The notes below the pieces were generated by a model. That model was not told where the DNA came from, made no database searches, and saw only the letters and a list, made by a program, of their open reading frames with translations. From NCBI GenBank assembly GCA_049322915.1, contig JBMOPW010000010.1, positions 64,001 to 128,000 of the forward strand: DNA of 64,000 nucleotides. The letters are read 5' to 3'. The translations under genes were made by a program, and so were the position numbers. The stretch comes from Candidatus Zhuqueibacterota bacterium. GTDB taxonomy: Bacteria; Zhuqueibacterota; Zhuqueibacteria; Thermofontimicrobiales; Thermofontimicrobiaceae. This document shows positions 1-8,483 of the stretch, piece by piece. Every line of letters begins with the position of its first letter. The stretch's first letter is position 1.

Positions 1-572
1 AGCGGCGCGCGCCCGATGGGAGCGCTGTTGCCCTCCCTGCGGGACGCGAGAAAATTCAGCATCGCCGGCTCTTCAATCACCACGAAATAATAGGATTGTG
101 AATTTCTCGATGTGGGCGCGAATCGGCATAATTCAGAAACCTGCGACAGGATTTCCCCTGGTATCTTCCGCTCCAGAAAATGCCTCGTGCTGCGGCGCGT
201 CAACAGCAGTTCGTCGCCGGGCAGGAAGGGGGGAAGCTCGTGCGAAAACGACTGGAATTCCAGCAGCCGGTTCTCCCTGTCCCGGGCGAAAAATTGATAG
301 ATGGAATAGACATCGTTTCGCGTCGGCGGCGCAACGGCGATGGATTGAAGCGTGTGATACATGGAGTCGACTTCTTTGTCCGAGGGATAAAAAAAGGTGA
401 TGATGCCGCCGGTGTCGGGTTCGTCGCGCTGGCAGAAACCCAACAGCATATTGCCGTGCTTCAGAATCAGGCAGTCCTTTTGTTCGAGCCAGACCTGCAT
501 CCGGATTTGATCGGTGTAGAAGTCGCGTAACGATTTCAAATCTCGCGTCCTGAAGAAAACAATGCCAGCCAT
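1..572 (-). CDS. VOC/glyoxalase-domain + nitroreductase-domain fusion protein (3' end runs off the window)
   Basis: Not in the ORF track because it has no stop in the window. Manual translation from ATG 572 (GGAGGAG SD upstream) gives MAGIVFFRTRDLKSLRDFYTDQIRM...FFARDRENRLLEFQSF (VOC-like), then LLTRRSTRHF...RFAPTSRNSQSYYFVVI (nitroreductase RRSxR / APS/T-xxN motifs). Confidence 0.8.
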   Translation of the reverse strand, partial: MAGIVFFRTRDLKSLRDFYTDQIRMQVWLEQKDCLILKHGNMLLGFCQRDEPDTGGIITFFYPSDKEVDSMYHTLQSIAVAPPTRNDVYSIYQFFARDRENRLLEFQSFSHELPPFLPGDELLLTRRSTRHFLERKIPGEILSQVSELCRFAPTSRNSQSYYFVVIEEPAMLNFLASRREGNSAPIGRAP

Positions 573-614
573 GGTCTCCTCCTCGTTTCTATTTTCTCAA
601 AAGAAATTTTTATG

Positions 615-643
615 AATCTACAACAAGACCGATTGGATGTCAA
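615..643 (-). promoter_or_regulatory. sigma-70-type promoter for the VOC/nitroreductase gene
   Basis: Minus strand TTGACA-17 nt-TAGATT, about 40 nt upstream of ATG 572. Confidence 0.65.
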
Positions 644-837
644 GAGATATTTCCAAAAAATTGTCTTGCATTTGTGACGAAAAGATATTTATTATGACTG
701 GTGAACCAAATCGCGCTCCGGGTGAGAGTTGGGCGTCCCCGAATACCACGCCGGGTGAATTTTTCCCGATGATCTCTGGCAGATGGGCTCGCGATTCGTG
801 GCAATGAATGAATATCATTTTAGCAGGAGAGGAAAAC

Positions 838-1617
838 TTGAACGCACGCGTCCCTCGGAATCTGATGCTCGCCGGGCTGCTGCTGGCGATGACATTTGTG
901 TGCTGTTCGCTCGTGGGAATCAAGCGGAACCGACCGCAGTTATCGGTAGCGGATCAATTCGCACGGGCAATCGCGGATGCTGTCTTCGCGGATGAAAACG
1001 AAATTTTCGATGAATTGATCCCCATTGATTTTTCCAACGATTATCTCACCTGGACCATTGAAGGACAGGATACCCTGCTGCATGTGCTGAACTGGACCGA
1101 TCATCCGGAGCGATTTTCACCGGGAGATTCGGTTGTGACCTGGTGGGGAGATACCTGGGTGACTGTGGCGCCCGAGTTAGTCGAATGGCTCGCTGCGAGG
1201 GATATTTCAGCAAATGCATTGCAGCTTCGGCTGGAGCAATTGTTGGGCCTGCCGCCGGATGGCAGCCATACGCATGTTGTGCACATCCGGGTGAATCCGA
1301 AATATCTGTTTCGTCCCTCTCCAGACGCTGAAATCACAGACCGGGTCGCTGAATTGGACCTGCCTTCGCTGGCCGATTCCTGCCACGTTGCATGGTATCA
1401 CGAGACGATCATCGATTCCTATTTCCCGCCGGCCTATCCCTGGACCAGGCTCGGCTACACATACGATTGGGGCGACGAGGCCAATGAGATCGGCCTCTCG
1501 GAGTTCGTGATCCGGAAAAATTCGACGATTCACGTCATTGCCAAAACGCCGACATTGGAATTTGTGACGAACAATGTCAAACCCGCACGCGACAAAGGTA
1601 CAGTCTCCCGCAACTGA
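838..1617 (+). CDS. conserved hypothetical exported protein / lipoprotein
   Basis: ORF 808..1617; likely TTG start at 838 after AGGAGAGG. Hydrophobic signal ending ...FVCCS; conserved-looking C-terminal YPWTRLGYTYDWG...GLSEFVI. Confidence 0.7.
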   Translation: MNARVPRNLMLAGLLLAMTFVCCSLVGIKRNRPQLSVADQFARAIADAVFADENEIFDELIPIDFSNDYLTWTIEGQDTLLHVLNWTDHPERFSPGDSVVTWWGDTWVTVAPELVEWLAARDISANALQLRLEQLLGLPPDGSHTHVVHIRVNPKYLFRPSPDAEITDRVAELDLPSLADSCHVAWYHETIIDSYFPPAYPWTRLGYTYDWGDEANEIGLSEFVIRKNSTIHVIAKTPTLEFVTNNVKPARDKGTVSRN

Positions 1618-1810
1618 TCTGCATGAACTGATCCGCCTCAGGACAAACGAACCCTGGCCTGGAAGCACCTCGTTCATCGGGTAGTTGAACAACCGCTTCT
1701 CCCATGTTGATTTTGGACCTGTTCCGGCGGAATGCGTATCTTCGTTTTTCCGCATGGCAATGAACACATCCGCCGAAGCCGGTTTTCGGTTTCAATGAAA
1801 GCGCTCTGAA

Positions 1811-2824
1811 TTACTCTTTCAGGTTCGAGGCGATGAATTCAGCAGCCCTGATGCCGGACAATGCAGCGCTTTCCACTCGGTTCCCCACAAATCCATCGCC
1901 GGCAAAAACCATGGGCCCTGGCTCCGGGAGGTAGAGGAAAGGCTGGCCATAGGATTGAATCGGCTGACTGTATCGCCATCGGTGAATCTGGTATTCGACG
2001 ATTTCTCCGTGGAGCAATGGCTGCGCCGCTGTGATGAGTCGCTCGAAAATCTTTTCGTCGCTCCAGTCCCAGTGCCGCAGCGAGAATTCCGGCCCGGCGT
2101 GGATGGTGACAGCATATCCGTTTGGCGAAATACCTTTCACACCATTGTCCGCGATCCACTGAATCGGTTCGCCGTCCATCCACATGCCGCCCGGTTCGGG
2201 AATGGTGCTTCGTTCATTCTGCAACACCAACGCTGCGATGCACCGCTGGTAGGTGACATTTTCCAACTGACTCAGAATATCCTCCGGCAGCGTGAGTTTT
2301 GAATTGTTCAGCAATTCAAGAATCTGAGGCACCGGGGGAGTCAGCAGAATGATGTCGCCCGTGTACGCTTCCTTCGCGTCCGAATGGGCAGTCCACTGAT
2401 TGGCCTTCCAGGCGATTTTTACGATCTGGGTGCTGGTGTGAACGGTCAATTTGGCAGCCAATTGTTTGGCGATATCGCGCATGCTCACGGTACCGCGGTA
2501 GAACACGGTGTTGGGCTGTTTCACTCTGGCGTTGTTGACAACGAATTTATCGCTCCACTGTTGGACGATGTTATTGCGTTTCCATTCGGATACCCACTGT
2601 TGAAATGCCGCCTGCTGCACAGTGAAGAATTGCGCGCCATAATCGAAAACGCCCTCGCCGGCATGGGTATCTTGGATGCGGCGCGTGGCCAGGCGACCGC
2701 CGATGCCCCGACCTTTATCCAGCACGGTCACTTTCAATCCAGCCTGCTGCAATCGGGTTGCAGCGATTAATCCGGAAATTCCACCGCCAATGATCACACA
2801 ATTTTTAGCATGAATATTTTCCAT
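1811..2824 (-). CDS. renalase-like NAD(P)/FAD-dependent oxidoreductase (COG3380 type)
   Basis: GGGISGL Rossmann motif, DKGRGIGGRLATRR, FDYGAQFFT, HRWRYS, GDGF...VESAALSG. Confidence 0.9.
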   Translation of the reverse strand: MENIHAKNCVIIGGGISGLIAATRLQQAGLKVTVLDKGRGIGGRLATRRIQDTHAGEGVFDYGAQFFTVQQAAFQQWVSEWKRNNIVQQWSDKFVVNNARVKQPNTVFYRGTVSMRDIAKQLAAKLTVHTSTQIVKIAWKANQWTAHSDAKEAYTGDIILLTPPVPQILELLNNSKLTLPEDILSQLENVTYQRCIAALVLQNERSTIPEPGGMWMDGEPIQWIADNGVKGISPNGYAVTIHAGPEFSLRHWDWSDEKIFERLITAAQPLLHGEIVEYQIHRWRYSQPIQSYGQPFLYLPEPGPMVFAGDGFVGNRVESAALSGIRAAEFIASNLKE

Positions 2825-2928
2825 CGTGTCACTCCATGAGTTGAAAAACCAATCGAATTTTCCAGTAGAGTTTTACCAGACTCGATTATCAAAAAAACAG
2901 CTATTGATTCCACTTTCGCCCCGGGCCT

Positions 2929-3423
2929 TCACGGGATCCATGCCGCTATCGCCTGAAATTGCGCCACATAAAAATACCGAACGACATGAATATTGAACAG
3001 CGCCGGACTCGTTGAGTCGAGGAATCCAGCCAAATACGGATGCCTGATTTTGAGTCGCTGGATGCCGGTTGCATATTCCGCGTCGGAGGCAATCTCTTCG
3101 GCTGAGCCAGTCACGGTGACAGCGCTAATTTCCGCAGGGCTTCCCTGGTGGAGGGACCGATCATCGATCACGATGGCCACCCGGGAATTCGCTGAAAGCA
3201 GTTCGTACTTTCGCGTCGTTTTCGGCGTGGCAAACAAGAATGTCTTCAGGTCATCGTCAGGGACGTAGGCGATTAAGGAGCCGTACGGTTGAGTATAGCC
3301 CTGGGTGCATAGAATGCAAAAGGATTGTTGCGCGACCAAATCCCTGACTTTTCTTTCCAGCGTCAGGTCGTGCGTCGCAATGAGTTTTTTATCACCCAAT
3401 TCTTCAGCAAAGCTCATTTCCAT
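2929..3423 (-). CDS. pyridoxamine 5'-phosphate oxidase-family (FMN split-barrel) protein
   Basis: 164 aa; LCTQG..QPYGSLIAY...FATPKTTRKYELLSANSRVAIVID...AVTVTGSA pattern. Confidence 0.8.
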   Translation of the reverse strand: MEMSFAEELGDKKLIATHDLTLERKVRDLVAQQSFCILCTQGYTQPYGSLIAYVPDDDLKTFLFATPKTTRKYELLSANSRVAIVIDDRSLHQGSPAEISAVTVTGSAEEIASDAEYATGIQRLKIRHPYLAGFLDSTSPALFNIHVVRYFYVAQFQAIAAWIP

Positions 3424-3464
3424 CGTGACATCCTCGATGACCTGCGATCATGATAAGTATTGTT

Positions 3465-5000
3465 TTACAAGGCCTCAATCCGGTCAAGGTAATGCTGTGC
3501 CTGGCCAAGAATTTTGCGGAGCTCGTCCTGCGCAATTCGATCCATTGTCCGGTAGACCATCTGAATGCGCGGATTGGCAGCCAATCGTTCCCGATTCCGA
3601 AAATAGAACGCCCAGTACAGGCTATTGAATGGGCAGGCGCGATCCCCATATTTTATCTGATGCGAGTAATAACAGCCCTCGCAGTAGTCGCTCATTTTAT
3701 GAATGTAATTGGCAGTGGAATTATACGGCTTGGTGGCCATGAGTCCGCCGTCCGCAAATTGGCTCATGCCTCGGGTATTGGTGATTTCAACCCATTCGAT
3801 GGCGTCGATGTAAATGCCCAGATACCATGCGTCGACGTGATCCGGGCTGACGCCAACCAATTGCGCGAAATTCCCGGTCACCATCAGCCGTTGAATGTGA
3901 TGGGCATAGGCGCTATTCAGCGATTGTCGGATAACCTGGCGCATGCATGCCATCTTTGTGTCGCCGTCCCAGTAATAGTGAGGCAAAGGCCGCGAGGCTT
4001 CGAAGAAATTCAGTCCGGCGTATTCGGGCATGTTCGCCCAGTAAACGCCGCGCACATACTCGCGCCAGCCGAGAATCTGTCGCACAAATCCTTCGACCTG
4101 ATTCAGATCAATTGTCGTGCGTTGATCCTGCCACGCCTGCGTTGCCGCTGTTATCACTTCCAAGGGATGCAGCATTTTGGTGTTGAGGGCAAAGGACAGC
4201 CGCGAATGGAACAACGACTCCGAGGCAGTGGTCATAGCATCCTGGTAGGCGCCGAAATGGGGCAGACCATGCCGGATGAAATAGTCCAATACCTGCAGCG
4301 CCTGATCCCTGTTGATAAGCCAGGAGAGCTGATCGCCGTCATTGCGCCCGATGGTACTGACTTTCATTTTCGTCACCAGCTTCTTCAATTCGGCGATGTC
4401 GTTGTGGAATTCCAGCGGCGCCGGCGCCGGCACGTCGCCCCGGTATCTGCGACGATTGGCTGCGTCAAAATTCCATGTTCCGCCAATGGGCTTTTCGCCA
4501 TCCAGAAGGATGCGGTGCGTTTTTCGCATGGCGCGGTAGAACATTTCCATCACGTAATGCTTTTTGCCCGGGAAACGGTCGCGCACATCGCCGCGCTGAC
4601 TGAGAAAATGCTGGCTGTCGACTTCGGCGCTGGGAATCGACAGGGTTTTGCAGAACGATTTGAGCTGCTGGTCCAGACGGTATTCGTCCGGGGATTGGTA
4701 TTCGAATCGTTTGATGGCAAATGTCCGGATCAGTTCGGTTAAATTATCAGGGAAGGATTGGCGGTTGTCCGGCGCATCGAGTTGGATATAGTGAACGGTG
4801 TGGCCGCGCTGGCGCAGGTATTCGGCAAAGGCGCGCATGGCAGCAAAAAACGCTAACACCTTCTGGATGTGGTGCTGAGCGTAATCGGTCTCCTGCCGCA
4901 CTTCCATCATCACGTACAGCACATCGGAAGAAACGCTGGAAAACCAGGTGTGATTCGGTGAAAGCTGGTCGCCTAAAATGAGGCGTAATATGTTATGCAT
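3465..5000 (-). CDS. phrB: Fe-S bacterial cryptochrome/(6-4) photolyase (PhrB/CryB, FeS-BCP class)
   Basis: LRLILGDQL start, HHIQK, WNFDAANR, EGFVRQILGWREY, YAHHIQRLM and four Cys ligands (ACMRQ; DYCEGC; ACPFN). ORF open to 5036. Confidence 0.9.
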   Translation of the reverse strand: MHNILRLILGDQLSPNHTWFSSVSSDVLYVMMEVRQETDYAQHHIQKVLAFFAAMRAFAEYLRQRGHTVHYIQLDAPDNRQSFPDNLTELIRTFAIKRFEYQSPDEYRLDQQLKSFCKTLSIPSAEVDSQHFLSQRGDVRDRFPGKKHYVMEMFYRAMRKTHRILLDGEKPIGGTWNFDAANRRRYRGDVPAPAPLEFHNDIAELKKLVTKMKVSTIGRNDGDQLSWLINRDQALQVLDYFIRHGLPHFGAYQDAMTTASESLFHSRLSFALNTKMLHPLEVITAATQAWQDQRTTIDLNQVEGFVRQILGWREYVRGVYWANMPEYAGLNFFEASRPLPHYYWDGDTKMACMRQVIRQSLNSAYAHHIQRLMVTGNFAQLVGVSPDHVDAWYLGIYIDAIEWVEITNTRGMSQFADGGLMATKPYNSTANYIHKMSDYCEGCYYSHQIKYGDRACPFNSLYWAFYFRNRERLAANPRIQMVYRTMDRIAQDELRKILGQAQHYLDRIEAL

Positions 5001-5172
5001 ACGCACAGTCATGGCTGATTCAGCAAAGTTATTCATGGCAATGGCCCAAAAAACCGACTAATATACATGATTCGAAAAAGAAAGTCAAGCAGTTTGATGA
5101 GAATGACGCTGCACCAGGCATTGCTGCGCTTGCAGCGCCGGAGGAAGTACATTTTTCCGTCTGAAAAAAATC

Positions 5173-5201
5173 TTGACTATGGTTGATAAATTGATTAGAT
5201 T
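5173..5201 (+). promoter_or_regulatory. sigma-70-type promoter
   Basis: TTGACT-17 nt-TAGATT upstream of the aminotransferase gene. Confidence 0.55.
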
Positions 5202-5244
5202 GTTGCCAGCTTAGTTGTGCCTGATTACGGAGAAAGGACGTCCC

Positions 5245-6372
5245 TTGGCAAAGAATTTCCGTGACTTATTCGGCTTCGATCCCTCCATTGTCTACTTCAA
5301 TCACGCTGCGACCGGAATGCTGCCCACCTGTTCCGCAGACGCGATGAATCAGTATATCCAGCAGTTAAAAATCCACGGCGAGCCTCCCATCGAGGATTTA
5401 TTACGCCTATCTGAAACTTTCAAATCCCACGCGGCGCAGCTCCTGAATGTACCCAGTCGCGACATCGCTTTCATTAAAAACACCACGGACGGATTGGAAA
5501 TAGCGCTGTTTTCCATCGATTGGAAACCGGGGGATAATATGGTGGTTCAGGAGGATGCGTTTCCGGCGAGCCTTTACCTGGCCGCGTATTGTTTCCCCAA
5601 CGTGGAAAAACGCTACGTCCCCCTGCATCATCCGGATGATTTTTATCACCGATTGGAAAATAAAATCGACGGACACACGCGCGCCGTTGTCGTTGATTAC
5701 GTCCACTTCATTTCCGGCGACCGCCTGGATCTGAGGCGATTGGGGGAGATTGTTCGACGCAGCAACAGCGTGCTGGTCGTCGATGGCATTCAGGCGCTTG
5801 GTGCGATTGCCGTGGATCTGGCGCAAACGCCGGTCGATTTTTTTGCGGCTGGCGGAATGAAATGGCTGCAAGGTCCGGCCGGCAGCGGCGTTCTTTACAC
5901 CCGTCCTGAAATCATGGAAACGCTGACGCCGTTCAGGATTGGCTGGTTCAGCGCCGAATACGAGGACTTTTCCAGCCTGTACCCGGTTCGACCGTTGAAA
6001 AAAGATGCCGGTCGGTTCCGGCCGGCCAATGATAACTATATCGGCCTGGTCGGATTGACGGAGTCGCTCAGGATGCTCAATGACGTTGGCGCCGCGCGCT
6101 TTGAATCCACGATCATGGAAATGTCCCGCGAGTTGATGAAGCAATTAGACGATCTCGGCTGCACAATTTTCACGCCCCGGGAAAATACCCGACGCGCCGG
6201 TATTGTATCATTCAAACTGCCGGGAGTGGACAGCCATCGGTTGTATGAGGCGCTCACGCGGGAACAGATTGTCTGCTCGCTGCGCGAAGGCTGGGTGCGG
6301 ATTGCGATTCATTTTTATAACACAAAGCAGGAGATTAACAAGGTTGTTGAGCTGATTGAATCGAATCTCTAA
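5245..6372 (+). CDS. class V PLP-dependent aminotransferase / cysteine lyase-like enzyme
   Basis: YFNHAATG, NTTDGL, VDGIQALG, GGMKWLQGPAGSG (PLP Lys), VRIAIHFYN. TTG start after AAAGGA. Confidence 0.88.
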   Translation: MAKNFRDLFGFDPSIVYFNHAATGMLPTCSADAMNQYIQQLKIHGEPPIEDLLRLSETFKSHAAQLLNVPSRDIAFIKNTTDGLEIALFSIDWKPGDNMVVQEDAFPASLYLAAYCFPNVEKRYVPLHHPDDFYHRLENKIDGHTRAVVVDYVHFISGDRLDLRRLGEIVRRSNSVLVVDGIQALGAIAVDLAQTPVDFFAAGGMKWLQGPAGSGVLYTRPEIMETLTPFRIGWFSAEYEDFSSLYPVRPLKKDAGRFRPANDNYIGLVGLTESLRMLNDVGAARFESTIMEMSRELMKQLDDLGCTIFTPRENTRRAGIVSFKLPGVDSHRLYEALTREQIVCSLREGWVRIAIHFYNTKQEINKVVELIESNL

Positions 6373-6387
6373 GGAAGGGAAACAATT

Positions 6388-7197
6388 ATGCCTGAACTAC
6401 CTGAAATAGTGGTCATCAGCAAACAGATGAATGAGACCATTGCGGAGAAGAAGATAGAGTCAGTGGCCATCTATCAATCCAAATGTCTCAATCGTCCGGA
6501 AGAAGATTATGCCCGGCACCTTGTCGGACAGAAAGTGAAGAAGGTCGCTCCATTGGGCAAATGGGTCGAAATTCATTTCAGCCGCGGCGATCGGCTCCTG
6601 ATCAGCCTGGGCATGGGGGGCGAACTGCTCTATTTCACCAGCAGCAGCGAAATTCCGAGCAATGTGAAATTCGTCGTTCGGTTCACGGACCAGTCCGGGT
6701 TTTATATCACGCTTTCGTGGTTCGGTTATTTTCATCTTATCCTGAAAGGCGAGTCCAATCCAATGACCGATTCGTTGGGCTCAGATGCGCTGGAAATTAG
6801 CCTGGTTGATTTTCAGAAGTTACTGAAAGGCAATAAGAGCGGCATTAAATCGTTTTTGATGAATCAGAAGAACCTCCGGGGTATCGGTAATTTTTATATT
6901 CAGGAAATATTATTTCAGGCCCGCATTCATCCACTGAAAAAAATTGACTGTCTTACCGATGAAAACATTGTGATGCTTTACGATGCCATGCAATCCGTGC
7001 TGGAGGAGGCGGTCGACAAAGGCTCCAGTTTTTATGAAGTGGATTTCTTCGGTCAGAAAGGCGACTACACGCTGGAACTGCTTTCGTTCGCATACAAAGA
7101 AGGCGCAAAATGCCCGGTGTGCGGCGCAGAGACGGAGAAGATCAAGACCGGGTCAACCGCGCAATACGTGTGTCCCAGATGTCAGCCTATTGCATGA
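6388..7197 (+). CDS. mutM: Fpg/Nei-family DNA glycosylase/AP lyase (atypical)
   Basis: N-terminal PELPE, GKW, LGMGG, H2TH GIGNFY, C-terminal Zn finger CPVC...CPRC. Confidence 0.85.
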   Translation: MPELPEIVVISKQMNETIAEKKIESVAIYQSKCLNRPEEDYARHLVGQKVKKVAPLGKWVEIHFSRGDRLLISLGMGGELLYFTSSSEIPSNVKFVVRFTDQSGFYITLSWFGYFHLILKGESNPMTDSLGSDALEISLVDFQKLLKGNKSGIKSFLMNQKNLRGIGNFYIQEILFQARIHPLKKIDCLTDENIVMLYDAMQSVLEEAVDKGSSFYEVDFFGQKGDYTLELLSFAYKEGAKCPVCGAETEKIKTGSTAQYVCPRCQPIA

Positions 7198-7364
7198 CGG
7201 ACGGTTTCAAGGCGACATCCGGGAGTTCGGACTCAATGACCGGCCAGGGCCATCTGTCCGCGCGCGTGAGGCGGAATGATTTAAACAGGATTCTGCAGTT
7301 TCACAGTACCTATTATTCCAAAATAGTGTTTTGGAATTTACTGAATTTCAATGTAGAAATTTAG

Positions 7365-7525
7365 CCTGCATTATTCATAGTATTTTTAAAGGAGGCTGGC
7401 TAACCTGAATGGTGCTCTTTTTAGAATAAACGTATAAAAACTGAGTTTCAAAATAGCTTAGCCTTTAGCTAATTGAAAATCTGAATGTCGACTCAAATTC
7501 TGAGCAAGTTCATGAATAATTCAGG
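7365..7525 (+). mobile_element. 161-bp MITE, IS1380-like ends, copy 1
   Basis: TIRs CCTGCATTATTCAT / ATGAATAATTCAGG (13 of 14 match); flanks TTAG/ATAG; near-identical to 8311-8471 and 22076-22236. Confidence 0.85.
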
Positions 7526-7618
7526 ATAGGTAGTCGGTTATATAGAAAAAAATATTGGACAATGTCGTACCAGCGGACCAGGGTGCGCTGGTTCCGGCGT
7601 ACGAGAAGAGGAGTAAGA

Positions 7619-8206
7619 ATGAGGTTCAGTAAAGTTTTTATTGTTGCTATTTCCGTTCTCGGTTTGACCTGTGTGCGAATCGATGAGGTCAAGGATGCCC
7701 AGGTGACGGTTCGGCAGACGATGAGCTCGTTTTACATGGCTCAGGAGACGAAAGATGTGAAGGCGATTTCAGCGCTCTACGCGCAGGATACGACTGTTGT
7801 GGCTATCGGGCCCCTCAGCGACGAACAATTGACTGGCTGGCATCAGATTCGAAATAACTGGAAGCGCTTTTTCGGGACCGTCGATAATGTGAAAATCTGG
7901 AGGCGCGATGATATGATCCGATTGAATTTCGAGGGCAATTTTGCCTGGGTCCTGTCGCTGAATCAGATTGAAGTGAACCGGGCCGGCGTCACAGAAATGC
8001 ATCGCTATTGTTTCTCGGCTGTGATGCAGCAGACGGCCGGGCAGTGGCAGTTCGTTCAGACCCATATTTCCATTCCCGGCCTCAATCCCGTAGCTGTGGC
8101 GCCATCAGGTCAACCTCCGCTGAATGAAGTGCAGGAGGATGAACCACCGATAGAAGACTCCAGCCATGTGGTGAAAGAGCCCGATGCCGGCTCGTATGAA
8201 AAGTAG
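7619..8206 (+). CDS. NTF2/SnoaL-like fold exported protein (probable lipoprotein)
   Basis: ATG 7619 after GAGGAG; signal MRFSKVFIVAISVLGLTC; SnoaL-like ...LTGWHQIR...FAWV...SAVMQQTAGQWQFVQTHIS. Confidence 0.75.
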   Translation: MRFSKVFIVAISVLGLTCVRIDEVKDAQVTVRQTMSSFYMAQETKDVKAISALYAQDTTVVAIGPLSDEQLTGWHQIRNNWKRFFGTVDNVKIWRRDDMIRLNFEGNFAWVLSLNQIEVNRAGVTEMHRYCFSAVMQQTAGQWQFVQTHISIPGLNPVAVAPSGQPPLNEVQEDEPPIEDSSHVVKEPDAGSYEK

Positions 8207-8310
8207 CGAGTCCATTGCTGCAATGAAATGACCTGCTCGATTGACCAGGCGTTCGGAGGAGGCATTGTGAGAAGACCTGTGCGGCTAATATTCATGAGAA
8301 ATACGAATAG

Positions 8311-8471
8311 CCTGCATTATTCATAGTATTTTTAAAGGAGGCTGGCTAACCTGAATGGTGCTCTTTTTAGAATAAACGTACAATAACTGAGTTTCAAAAT
8401 AGCTTAGTTTTTAGCTAGTTGAAAATCTGAATGTTGACTCAAATTCTGAGCAAGTTCATGAATAATTCAGG
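8311..8471 (+). mobile_element. 161-bp MITE, copy 2
   Basis: Same TIRs; perfect 4-bp target duplication ATAG/ATAG; 6 substitutions versus copy 1 by manual comparison. Confidence 0.88.
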
Positions 8472-8483
8472 ATAGGGAGGTTT

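Noticed and set aside
7365..8471. Repeated 161-bp sequence as a CRISPR array or riboswitch
   Set aside because: Too long for CRISPR repeats, with no spacers or cas genes; TIRs plus target duplications fit a MITE better.
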